Source of the DNA: a virus
Taxonomy: Duplodnaviria; Heunggongvirae; Uroviricota; Caudoviricetes
Direction: 5' to 3' (one strand)
IMG/VR virus record: IMGVR_UViG_3300036790_000261
Span: 24,725 to 88,724 of that record
Length of the DNA stretch: 64,000 bases
Below the pieces are notes generated by a model. That model did no database searches and was not told the DNA's origin. It saw only the letters and a list, made by a program, of their open reading frames with translations. The position numbers were made by a program, and so were the translations under genes. Below, piece after piece: positions 47,170 through 55,192 of the stretch; within the stretch, counting starts at the first letter, position 1, and every line of letters starts with the position of its first letter.

Positions 47170-47218
47170 ACCTTGAAGACCTGGCAGAGCATGAGCGCGG
47201 GGACTGGGACGAGCACAC

Positions 47219-47506
47219 GTGACCGGGTTCACCATCGAGGACGCGAGGCAGGTGCAGCGTGACCTTGAGCTCGGGGACGTGCACGTGGCGTACGTCGACC
47301 CGGATGAAGGCTTCGTGCTCGCGCACACGAACCTCGGGCGGTCACTGATCGCGCAGGGCTATGACCTGGAGTGGTGCGAGATTCACCACTGGCTAGCCCG
47401 GGAGCCCACGATGCTTGGCTACATCGAGGTGTGGGGCGGCTGCTTCCCGCGACCTGGCTGGTACAAGATCAGCGGGCTACACAAAGCTGAGGGGCTGGCA
47501 CTGTGA
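47219..47506 (+). CDS. hypothetical protein
   Basis: ORF track, GC3. Confidence 0.4.
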   Translation: MTGFTIEDARQVQRDLELGDVHVAYVDPDEGFVLAHTNLGRSLIAQGYDLEWCEIHHWLAREPTMLGYIEVWGGCFPRPGWYKISGLHKAEGLAL

Positions 47507-47700
47507 CTGGCCCGGTCACCACGCAGCCCGGCTGGTGCGAGAACTTCGCGATGCACCTGTGGGCGCTGTACGACACCCGCGGTCAGGTGGTCGCCCAGGC
47601 TACGGCGGAGCTGCTCGCGCTGGGTCCGGCGGTAGAGGAGATACTGGAGGCCCGGTTCGGCGTCCCGTTCCCGAAGGAGGAGCCGTGGCAAGGCAGCTGA
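47503..47700 (+). CDS. hypothetical protein
   Basis: ORF track, overlap coupling. Confidence 0.4.
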   Translation: MTGPVTTQPGWCENFAMHLWALYDTRGQVVAQATAELLALGPAVEEILEARFGVPFPKEEPWQGS

Positions 47701-48491
47701 GGATGCTCGCCGGCTGCGAGATGTCCGGCCGGGTGCGGGACGCGTTCGCAGCGCGCAACTGGGAGGCGTGGTCTGCGGACATCCTGCCGTCGGAGATTCC
47801 CCCGCAGCGGGGGTACACCGCGGGCGAGAGCCGGTACCTGAGCCTGCCGGGCGCCCGGGGCTGCCACTACCAAGGCGACTGCCGGGACCTGTTCGACTGG
47901 TACCACCCGGTAAACGCTGAGCGTCGGCGGCAAGAGCTGACGATGCGCGAGGCCCCGCCGCTGTGGAACCTGTTCATCGGCTTCCCGCCGTGCACGGACC
48001 TGTCGCTGGCCGGCGCGCGCTGGTGGAAGGCTAAGCGGGAGCCCCGGTACGACGAGAACTTCGAGGAGATCTGGTCCGTCCAGGACGAGGCCGCGGCGTT
48101 CTTCATGCGAATGATTGACGCCCCGGCGGCGCACGTCGCGGTGGAGAACCCGCGCGGGGACATGAACCGCCGCTACCGGCCGCCCGACCAGACCGTGCAG
48201 CCGTTTTACTTCGGGGACCCGGTCGCCAAGCAGACCGGCTTGTGGCTGGAGGGACTGCCGCTGCTGCTCGCCGACAACCCGGTGGACCCGGGGGCGAACC
48301 GGGTGGCGACCGGCGGGGGCAGCTGGAAGAACGACATCAAGAACGGGCGCAAGTCGGTCAGCACGGAGGACAGTGAGGGCCGGGCCCGCCGGGATATCGT
48401 CCGCTCCCGCACGTCGCTAGAGGTAGCACGGGCAATGGCAGATCAGTGGGGCAGCTACATCGAGGAGGAGCATGGCAACCAAGGACGTTGA
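47685..48491 (+). CDS. DNA (cytosine-5)-methyltransferase-like
   Basis: GFPPCTDLSLAG (motif IV PC), VAVENPRG (motif VI), AGCEMSG (motif I-like); start GTG 47685 or ATG 47703. Confidence 0.5.
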   Translation: MARQLRMLAGCEMSGRVRDAFAARNWEAWSADILPSEIPPQRGYTAGESRYLSLPGARGCHYQGDCRDLFDWYHPVNAERRRQELTMREAPPLWNLFIGFPPCTDLSLAGARWWKAKREPRYDENFEEIWSVQDEAAAFFMRMIDAPAAHVAVENPRGDMNRRYRPPDQTVQPFYFGDPVAKQTGLWLEGLPLLLADNPVDPGANRVATGGGSWKNDIKNGRKSVSTEDSEGRARRDIVRSRTSLEVARAMADQWGSYIEEEHGNQGR

Positions 48492-48609
48492 GGTAAAGGT
48501 CGTTGTGACCGTGCGTGACAGTGAGGACCCGGACGTCGTGGCGAACCGCATATGGGCGGCACTAGACGATCACTTCGCCTGGGGTATCAAGAAGGTAGAG
48601 CTCGCGTGA
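48472..48609 (+). CDS. small hypothetical protein (45 aa)
   Basis: ATG with GAGGAGGAG SD. Confidence 0.3.
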   Translation: MATKDVEVKVVVTVRDSEDPDVVANRIWAALDDHFAWGIKKVELA

Positions 48610-49109
48610 TCGACAGTGCCGTGGGGTGCGACCCCGGCCCGGCTACCGGACTGGCGTTTCTCGACTACGAGGACGGGCGGCTCGTCGGGCGCAGTCTTCT
48701 CCAGGTCGTCGGGGCGGACGCGCCGGTCGTGCTGCGCGGCATGCTGGTCGCTTACTACAGCGATGACTTCAGCACCGGCCCGCGGGTCGGTCGTCGCGTC
48801 GGGTCGGTGGAGAAGTTCGTCACCGGGGCGAGCGCCGGGTCGCGGGGGAAGAACGCGGACGTCACCCGGCAGCTGGTGATGGAGCTCACCGAGGTGCTGC
48901 AAGAGTTCGGCTACACGGTAGCGATCCGCCCCGCCGCGGACGTCAAGCCGTGGGCAAACAACAAGCGGCTGGTGGCCGCAGGGATCGTCAGCTCGGAGAA
49001 GGCGATGCACGGCGACATGGGGCACAGCTACGACGGGGCCCGGCACTGCCTGTACGGCGCCAAGGAAGCCGGGATCATCCGGGACCCGCTGATCAGGAGG
49101 ACGGCGTGA
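48606..49109 (+). CDS. RuvC-like Holliday junction resolvase
   Basis: N-terminal GCDPGPATGLAFL (RuvC Asp motif), C-terminal H/D residues. Confidence 0.55.
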   Translation: MIDSAVGCDPGPATGLAFLDYEDGRLVGRSLLQVVGADAPVVLRGMLVAYYSDDFSTGPRVGRRVGSVEKFVTGASAGSRGKNADVTRQLVMELTEVLQEFGYTVAIRPAADVKPWANNKRLVAAGIVSSEKAMHGDMGHSYDGARHCLYGAKEAGIIRDPLIRRTA

Positions 49110-49333
49110 GCAAGTGCGAACACAACTGGAGTGACTGGACGGTCTGGTTCTTCTACGGGTCAGGCCTGGACATCCGCGAGCGGTTCTGCCGCAACGACAA
49201 GTGCTCCGTCTGGTCTGACTACGAACAGCGCCCGCACGAGCACGACTACGCCCCCGTTCCCGACCCGTTCGCCCCGATCGGCACCGGGCTGACCCTGCAG
49301 ATCTGCACGATCTGCCACGACGTGAAGAGCTAG
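49106..49333 (+). CDS. small Cys-containing protein
   Basis: GTGA overlap with resolvase. Confidence 0.4.
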   Translation: MSKCEHNWSDWTVWFFYGSGLDIRERFCRNDKCSVWSDYEQRPHEHDYAPVPDPFAPIGTGLTLQICTICHDVKS

Positions 49334-49343
49334 AAGGAGAAGC

Positions 49344-49463
49344 ATGGCGCACAAGCACGAGCACACCACTTTCCTAGGCAGGTTTTACGATATGGCGCGG
49401 CAGAAGTGGTACAAGAACTGGCAGTGCGCCTGCGGTGACGAGAAGCAGGAATGGGAGAACTGA
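49344..49463 (+). CDS. 39-aa zinc-finger peptide
   Basis: GAAGGAGAAGC SD; CxC motif. Confidence 0.3.
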   Translation: MAHKHEHTTFLGRFYDMARQKWYKNWQCACGDEKQEWEN

Positions 49464-49576
49464 TGGCCGGGCTACCCCCCATGAGTACCTGCTCGTACTG
49501 CCACCAGGACTACCCGACCGTCGGGATCAGCCGGCACGAGGCCGCGTGCCCCGACAACCCGGCGAACAAGTTATGA
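49463..49576 (+). CDS. 37-aa zinc-finger peptide (paralog of next)
   Basis: CSYC...H...C..NPANK. Confidence 0.3.
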   Translation: MAGLPPMSTCSYCHQDYPTVGISRHEAACPDNPANKL

Positions 49577-49677
49577 GTAACGACGACACCCGGTGCCCGT
49601 GGTGCAAGGGCTTCTACCCGACCACAGAAATCGAGGCCCATAAGCGGACGTGCAGCTTCAACCCGGCTAACAAGTGA
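49573..49677 (+). CDS. 34-aa zinc-finger peptide (paralog of previous)
   Basis: CPWC...H..C..NPANK. Confidence 0.3.
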   Translation: MSNDDTRCPWCKGFYPTTEIEAHKRTCSFNPANK

Positions 49678-49680
49678 CTG

Positions 49681-49833
49681 ATGGCCCCGGAACCCTGTGA
49701 CGACCCGGCCGGGCACACCTGGGTAGACAGTGAGACGTACTGCGAGGTCTGCGAGTCCCACCCTGCTGTTTACTGCCGGACCTGCTCGGAAATCGTCGAC
49801 CTGATCTGGGACGCTGACCCGAGGGAGGCGTGA
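49681..49833 (+). CDS. 50-aa Cys-rich peptide
   Basis: CEVC...CRTC. Confidence 0.3.
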   Translation: MAPEPCDDPAGHTWVDSETYCEVCESHPAVYCRTCSEIVDLIWDADPREA

Positions 49834-50192
49834 TGTCCTTTTCAGTGCTCGTGAAGACCACCCCGCACATGCTCGGCTCCTACTCCTACGAGCTGGTCAG
49901 CCGGGAGGCGGCCGAGGTGTTCGTGCAGCGGTCCGACGTGTGGTGGTGGTGCTTCCCGGTGGAGGAGGACACCCTGGACGGCAGCAGCTGGCGCAAGGGC
50001 GGGGCGTGGGCCGGGGCTGAGCACATCGCGGACGCCATCGGGGTCAAGCCTTCCGGGCCGGCTCCTGCCGAGGCTTACCCGTTGCCCGGCAAGTTTCAGC
50101 GGGAGGTTGCAGACAGTATCCCGATGGAGGCCTACCTAGCCGACGCGAAGAAGTACGAAGACAACGAGGAGGACGACGATGACCGCTGGTAG
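49830..50192 (+). CDS. acidic hypothetical protein
   Basis: ORF track; Asp/Glu-rich C-terminus. Confidence 0.4.
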   Translation: MMSFSVLVKTTPHMLGSYSYELVSREAAEVFVQRSDVWWWCFPVEEDTLDGSSWRKGGAWAGAEHIADAIGVKPSGPAPAEAYPLPGKFQREVADSIPMEAYLADAKKYEDNEEDDDDRW

Positions 50193-50304
50193 CACCGAGC
50201 ATGAAGACAAGTTTTACTGTGACGTGTGCCAGGGCTGGTTCCCGAAAGGCGAGTTCAGGGAGCACTACCACAATGACAACCGGTGGCAGGCCGTGCGCTC
50301 CTAA
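50179..50304 (+). CDS. 41-aa zinc-finger peptide
   Basis: GAGGAGGA SD; CDVC...HYH. Confidence 0.3.
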   Translation: MTAGSTEHEDKFYCDVCQGWFPKGEFREHYHNDNRWQAVRS

Positions 50305-50454
50305 GATCCGGTTCAACGACGAGCTCGGCGCACGGATAGCGCTGCTGCGGACCGGGAGCAGGAAGCAGCGGCGCAAGAGGAACGAGACCCGGGTGTACCG
50401 GTGCGAGCTCTGCCGCGGGTGGCACCTGACCAGCCAGCCGAAGAGGGGGAAGAC

Positions 50455-50835
50455 GTGACTGCAGACCGGAAGATCCAGTGGTGCCGCCGGTGTCATCACG
50501 CGATCACGCTGCTCGGCGGCACGACCCAGGGCTGGGGGCACGTCAGCGACGACGACTGGGCGGGCCCGCAGGGCGAGTGCCAGTGCACCTGGGACCTGAC
50601 CCCGTGCTCACCCGGACTGCCCGCAACCAGGGGACGGCTGGCAACCCGTACCCCGACGCCGATGGGCGGCCTCACCGTTAACTACGTCCTCTACGACGAG
50701 GCGCCTGTCTGCATCCTGAACATCGCCACCGACGGCACCCTCACCGGTACGTTTGAAATGGAGCTCACCGAGTACGGCAAGGCGTGGGTCGCCGCGGAGA
50801 TCCTGAAACTGAAACTGGCTGACCCGCCAGCATAG
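50455..50835 (+). CDS. hypothetical protein sharing 32-bp exact DNA repeat with GH16 gene
   Basis: GTG 50455; CILNIATDGT motif identical to 40594 gene. Confidence 0.4.
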   Translation: MTADRKIQWCRRCHHAITLLGGTTQGWGHVSDDDWAGPQGECQCTWDLTPCSPGLPATRGRLATRTPTPMGGLTVNYVLYDEAPVCILNIATDGTLTGTFEMELTEYGKAWVAAEILKLKLADPPA

Positions 50836-50844
50836 ACTTGCCTC

Positions 50845-51735
50845 ATGAGCATCACCCTGGCCTTCGATGCCACGCACCTGTTCATCGGCCAGCTGCCACG
50901 TGGCAGTCAGGCGTGCGGGTACGACACCGGCAGCAACGGGGTGGCCTGGACGGCCGCGGACTGGGCGGCGCACCCGGGCGCGGTGCACATCGACCAGGAC
51001 GTGCACGCTAGCGACTTCACCGCGGACGTGCTTGACTGCGAGAAGGGGGCAGTGCCTGTCGGGTCGGGACTGATCCCCCTGTGGGCTGAGTCTGCGCAGC
51101 ATAACTTCCGGCTAGCCGTCCGGCCTGGCCAGCGGATGCCGGCGATCTACTGCTCAGCCTCCAACGTGACCGCGAACGTCAACGCGCTGGTGCGCGGCGG
51201 GATCAAGGGCGGCGTCGGGCTGTGGGTAGCCAGCTGGGGGATCGGGCAGAACGCTGCGGTCGCTGACGTGCTGGCTGGCACGGGCCCGTTCCCGGTCATC
51301 GGCGTCCAGTTCTCGGACCTCGGTGACATCGACGCCGACGTGTTCAGCGACGCCTGGCTGGCGAACACCTCCCGGGTGCCGGTGCCGGCGCCGGCGTGGA
51401 CGTACGGGCCGGTGCGCGGGCTGCAGGTGGCCTCCGTCGGGCCCAGCTCGGTCAAGGTGAGCTTCAGCGCCCCGTCGGTGACCGTCCCCGCGGGCGTGGT
51501 GAACCCGGTCGGGATCGGCCGCTACGAGATCGCCGTCACCTTGGAGGGCAGCCCGGTCGACCTGAGTACCTACCCGCGGTTCCGGGTTAAGCGGCCTAAC
51601 CCGCAAGCTGAGCAGGTTGGCAGCCTCCCGCCGGGCACCGAGCTGACCGCCTGGGTACGAGCCTGGTCGACTGACCCCGGCGACTCGCACGCGGGCCCGT
51701 GGGCAACGGTTAACTTCGAGACGAAGACCGCATGA
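50845..51735 (+). CDS. hypothetical protein, possible cell-wall glycoside hydrolase-like domain plus C-terminal FN3-like domain (start uncertain)
   Basis: VGLWVASWG-type motif; FN3-like beta segment; followed by small TM ORF. Confidence 0.3.
   Translation: MSITLAFDATHLFIGQLPRGSQACGYDTGSNGVAWTAADWAAHPGAVHIDQDVHASDFTADVLDCEKGAVPVGSGLIPLWAESAQHNFRLAVRPGQRMPAIYCSASNVTANVNALVRGGIKGGVGLWVASWGIGQNAAVADVLAGTGPFPVIGVQFSDLGDIDADVFSDAWLANTSRVPVPAPAWTYGPVRGLQVASVGPSSVKVSFSAPSVTVPAGVVNPVGIGRYEIAVTLEGSPVDLSTYPRFRVKRPNPQAEQVGSLPPGTELTAWVRAWSTDPGDSHAGPWATVNFETKTA
50893..50906. promoter_or_regulatory. conserved palindrome core CTGCCACGTGGCAG (copy 5)
   Basis: Lies inside annotated 5' end of 50845 ORF, suggesting true start is downstream (e.g. 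GTG ~50941). Confidence 0.4.
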
Positions 51736-51830
51736 CCTGGAACCCGGACCCCGGTTACGTGCTGATCTTGTCCGTTGTGTTCGCCGCGGCTGCCGCGACT
51801 GTCGCCCTGATGGTGCTGGGCGTTATCTGA
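51732..51830 (+). CDS. 32-aa single-TM peptide
   Basis: ATGA overlap with upstream gene; hydrophobic core. Confidence 0.3.
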   Translation: MTWNPDPGYVLILSVVFAAAAATVALMVLGVI

Positions 51831-51901
51831 GCCCCGTCCGCGAATTGAACGCGGGACCTCTTTCTTACCAAGAAAGCGCTCTTCCACTGAGCTAACGGGG
51901 C
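51830..51901 (-). tRNA. tRNA-Thr (anticodon GGT)
   Basis: GCCCCGT acceptor, TAGCTCAGTGG D-loop, anticodon loop TTGGTAA, T-arm CCGCGTTCAATTCGCGG. Confidence 0.8.
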
Positions 51902-51956
51902 GGGCAAGCGGGGCGCTCTGACCTTGGCGCGCGCAGAGAGGTTGGCCCCGCTTACG

Positions 51957-52091
51957 CTAGCGTTCTACCCGCTGGGTACCGCAGCACGGGCACCGGCCTG
52001 ACCCGTCGGTACTACGGCAGGTGCACCCGCAGCACCCGGGCCCGTAGTTGCCGTGCGTGCACCCGCAGTTCTTGCATACGGGATCACTCAC
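51957..52091 (-). CDS. Cys-rich 44-aa peptide
   Basis: GGAGGAAGAG SD + GTG; 12 Cys. Confidence 0.4.
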   Translation of the reverse strand: MSDPVCKNCGCTHGNYGPGCCGCTCRSTDGSGRCPCCGTQRVER

Positions 52092-52107
52092 GCTCTTCCT
52101 CCGGGTT

Positions 52108-52248
52108 TTAGCATTCGAGGTGGCAGTCGTTGCTGTGCATGCCGCAGTGATCGAACCGCTTCGCCCCGCGGGCCTTGCACTCTGCGCAGCCGCACTTGCA
52201 CGACCCCTTATAGGGGCAGCTGCCGTTGCTCCCGCTTATCTCTCTCAC
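52108..52248 (-). CDS. Cys/His-rich 46-aa peptide (paralog of 56249-56383)
   Basis: CAGGAGGAAAAC SD + GTG; GSCKCGCAECK...CH..C. Confidence 0.4.
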   Translation of the reverse strand: MREISGSNGSCPYKGSCKCGCAECKARGAKRFDHCGMHSNDCHLEC

Positions 52249-52303
52249 GTTTTCCTCCTGAAAAGTTGGTGGGCCCCCGCCAATTCCCATGACGGGGGCC
52301 CGA

Positions 52304-52378
52304 TGTCACCGGGGGACTTGAACCCCCAACTTCAGTCTCCAGAGGACTGCGCGCTTCCGATTGCGCCAGGTGTCGGTT
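52304..52378 (-). tRNA. tRNA-like sequence (Gln, anticodon CTG) with imperfect acceptor stem
   Basis: T-arm GGGGGTTCAAGTCCCCC and anticodon arm CAGTC-CTCTGGA-GACTG present; 5' acceptor does not pair well. Confidence 0.3.
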
Positions 52379-52424
52379 GGTGCCCTCATGATCGTTGAGG
52401 GACAGCAGCTCTTGCGAGGGGTAA

Positions 52425-52486
52425 CGCTCTGCCGACTGAGCTAAGGGACCATGCTGGAGGTCCCTCGGGGGGTCGAACCCCGGACC
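52425..52486 (-). ncRNA. tRNA-like fragments in permuted order (3' half with CCA, then 5' half)
   Basis: ...GGTCCGGGGTTCGACCCCCCGAGGGACCTCCA then GCAT then GGTCCCTTAGCTCAGTCGGCAGAGCG; acceptor halves complementary to each other. Confidence 0.3.
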
Positions 52487-52638
52487 TTTACCTTGCACTG
52501 CTGACCTCGCGGGGAGGGCCTCACGGCTAACGGCTCGAAGGACAAGGAGCTTCCGGCTTATCAGCACGGCTCCCGGCTAACGGCATCTGCTAGGTCCTTA
52601 CACCAGTAACACTACCCGACACCGGGCGCAAAGGCAAA

Positions 52639-52698
52639 CCCGGCTCACGAGGCGCTCCGTCAGTGGGCGACGTCTTCACCATGGCCTCGTGAGCCGGG
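52639..52698. terminator. 15-bp-stem hairpin downstream of minus-strand gene
   Basis: CCCGGCTCACGAGGC...GCCTCGTGAGCCGGG. Confidence 0.4.
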
Positions 52699-52706
52699 CC
52701 TGGTTA

Positions 52707-52865
52707 GTCCTCGGTGTCGATGAACAGCGTGCCGGTCTCCTCGTCCCAGGACAGTCCCTGGATGTTCGTCCACCGCCCGGCCACGTTGACCATGACGTGG
52801 GAGAGGGGCCCTGAAGCGTGGCTAACCGCCTGGTCAATCTCCAGCAGCAGCTCGTCGGGACTCAC
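52707..52865 (-). CDS. small hypothetical protein (52 aa)
   Basis: GTGA overlap with upstream gene; good GC3. Confidence 0.3.
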
Positions 52866-53629
52866 GGCGCGGTCAGCCAGCCGAAGATGTCGGCGCCCTC
52901 GTTCAGCGGGGTGACCGTCGCCGAGTTCGCCTCCTCGCGGGCCATCTTCACCGCGGTGCGCAGCTTCGACAGCCGCTCCAGCAGCAGGGCCTTACGCTGG
53001 CGGGGCAGCGCGCCGGAGTAGTTCACCGTGCTGTTGTACTCGACGACCTGGTCGCGGGTCGTGACGTCTACCTGCTCCTGGAACTTGTCGGTACCGTTGC
53101 CGCGGTGCCAGTTGAACATGACCTTTTCCTTCTTGTCACCTTCCTGGGGCACCCTGGAGCGCCACTGTCCGGGCTCGGCGTTCTCGTCGGTCCAGTCCTG
53201 CACCGCGTCCAGCTCGGGGAGCGCGGTGACGAGGGTCTGCAGCTTGGTGAGCTCGCCCTCCAGGTACACCAGGTGCCGCACCGGGACGCCCGTCAGGACC
53301 GTGTCACCGTCGACCACCACGTCGGCCTTCGCGGCGCCCTGCGCGGTGTCCAGCGTCAGCGCGGTGTCCCACTTGCCGGTGAGCAGCTTCGCCGCGTCGT
53401 CCATCGCCTGCACCGCGGTGTAGCGAACCCGGGTGACCTGATCCGGCGTCACCTTACGGCGCGGTCCCTTGTTGTCCTTGTCGGGCTCGTCCGCCAGCCG
53501 GGACTTCTTCTCCATCCCGCTGAACAGTTCCTTGGTACCCAGGATGTGCGTCAGCCGGGCCAGGGACGTCTCCGCGTCGGTGCTCAGCCCGCCGATGATC
53601 GCGAGCAGCTGGTGAACCCTTACCGCCAT
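52862..53629 (-). CDS. hypothetical protein
   Basis: ATG (MAVRVHQLL) with GAGGAGAA SD; earlier in-frame start has no SD. Confidence 0.5.
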   Translation of the reverse strand: MAVRVHQLLAIIGGLSTDAETSLARLTHILGTKELFSGMEKKSRLADEPDKDNKGPRRKVTPDQVTRVRYTAVQAMDDAAKLLTGKWDTALTLDTAQGAAKADVVVDGDTVLTGVPVRHLVYLEGELTKLQTLVTALPELDAVQDWTDENAEPGQWRSRVPQEGDKKEKVMFNWHRGNGTDKFQEQVDVTTRDQVVEYNSTVNYSGALPRQRKALLLERLSKLRTAVKMAREEANSATVTPLNEGADIFGWLTAP

Positions 53630-53643
53630 GTTGTTCTCCTCTG

Positions 53644-53751
53644 CTAGTCCCTGACCGGGGGGCGAATACCGGTGCACCAGTAGTAGGCCCCGTCCTCAGG
53701 CCAGGTGTGCGGGTCGTGGTACCCGTTGTCGGTGCACTGCTTGCTAGTCAC
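53644..53751 (-). CDS. 35-aa Cys-containing peptide
   Basis: GTG with GGGGAAATA upstream; immediately 5' of 52862 gene. Confidence 0.3.
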   Translation of the reverse strand: MTSKQCTDNGYHDPHTWPEDGAYYWCTGIRPPVRD

Positions 53752-53766
53752 TATTTCCCCTTGTCA

Positions 53767-53965
53767 AGCCGGGGCGTTGTTGTTCTGGTTTTCGTTCACT
53801 GTGTGGCCCCGGCGTTAATCATGTGGACTTCGTCTGTGGCGTGGCCGGGGCGTAATCAGATTGGGTTTCGCCTGTACTTTGTCCCCGGCGTTGTGATTTT
53901 GGTTACCGTCAGGATTCTGGCCGGGGCGCACGCGGTTTTGTTTTCGTGAGAACAATGGCCCCGGT
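53767..53965. repeat. tandem repeat array A (6 units, cores alternate GGCCCCGGCG / GGCCGGGGCG)
   Basis: ~35-bp period; each spacer carries GGnTTTCGT-like motif. Confidence 0.7.
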
Positions 53966-54981
53966 AAGTTAAGGCCCCCCGCCAAGCCCCTGACGGAGGG
54001 TTCGTTCTTGAGGCTCGCGCAGCGCCGGGGGAGGGCTTGCGCTGCGGGGCTGTCCTCGTGCCGCCCGTGCACCATTATCAGCAGGGGTTGCGGGCCCCGT
54101 GCACGGACGGCCATCCCGGTCTCCCTCGCTAGCGGGCTTGGAAGAGGCCGGGACGTTGAGCACCTGCGGGCTTCGTAACCGGGGAGTGCACCTCCTGTTA
54201 ATTCTGCCTAAGCAAGAGACAGAAGGACAAAGGTAAATCCCGGTTCAGGCCTGCCCGCAGGGCGTCTAGTTATCCCGTAGTGACGCGGCCGGGGCACCGC
54301 CAGGTGAACAGCTGCGTGTCTCGCCACTCGTGCCCGTGGTGAATTTTCAGCGAGTCGCACTGCTGGTACGGGGCGCTCACGCTAGCGCTGCCCGGGGAAC
54401 GGGCTGACCGCGGTGAGCCAGCGGTCGAGGCCGTAGCCCTGCTCGGTGCCGGGCTCGGCGGCGGGCGCGACGGAGGCGCCCTGGCTGTTACTGAACATCA
54501 CGTGTGTCTCTTTTCGGCTTCTTGCGCTTCTCGGTGCGGATCTTGCCGGACTTGATGCGGGCGTCGTGGCCCTGCCCGTTCCTGGCGGAGTGCATCGCCT
54601 TGTGGTGGCGGCGCTTGTGCTCGGGGTTGTTCCCGTCTCGTCGTGGCATGCGTTCCAGTTGTCGCGCTGGCGGGTGAGTAAGGCGTTACCCTTGTGGGCT
54701 TCGAAGTAGCAGTGGCCTTACGGGTGATGGAGCCCCCGGCCGGAATCGTACCGGCCACTCAGCGCTACCCGCATGCGATCGCCTGCGAAGTAATCGAGAT
54801 CCTCAAGGAGGGGGCAGGGGTGCCGCCGCCGGTGACTTCCCTGTCAGGTGCCTGCCGTCCCGGGTTGGGAGCGAGACAGCTAGCGTGTTAGCCGGCGGCG
54901 GCGGCGCGGGGCCGGGGTTCCACCGGCACTGACACTCCCTATCCGGAGCTGCCTCTCCTTGGGCTACCCGCGCGTTCCTGG

Positions 54982-55048
54982 TCCCGCAAGCCCGGCCCTG
55001 GCTAGCACACTCGTACTCGTACGGCCAGCCAGGGCCGGGCTTGCGGGA
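54982..55048. terminator. perfect 22-bp-stem hairpin
   Basis: TCCCGCAAGCCCGGCCCTGGCT ...23 nt... AGCCAGGGCCGGGCTTGCGGGA. Confidence 0.4.
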
Positions 55049-55192
55049 GACGGCAGGGCCTGAACAGGAAAGTATGGGCCGCCCTGGATCGCCCCGCCGT
55101 CTGGTATCAGTTTACCTGTGTCCTGCTGTGTGTCAAACGCGAACCTGTGATACTCCACTGGGGCGTAGTTTCATTAGGCCTCGTAAGAACCA

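Noticed and set aside
52296-52700. Integrase/attP next to the tRNA-like fragments
   Set aside because: No tyrosine- or serine-recombinase motifs found in any ORF of the window. The adjacent 52862-53629 protein shows no integrase signature. This is left as a hypothesis in the findings.
54498-54758. ORF-track minus-strand 86-aa ORF
   Set aside because: Poor composition. Better-supported small ORFs in other frames (for example ~54440-54650 basic peptide, overlapping ATGA/GTGA chain) occupy this region. Exact small-gene content here is uncertain, so it is not listed as a feature.
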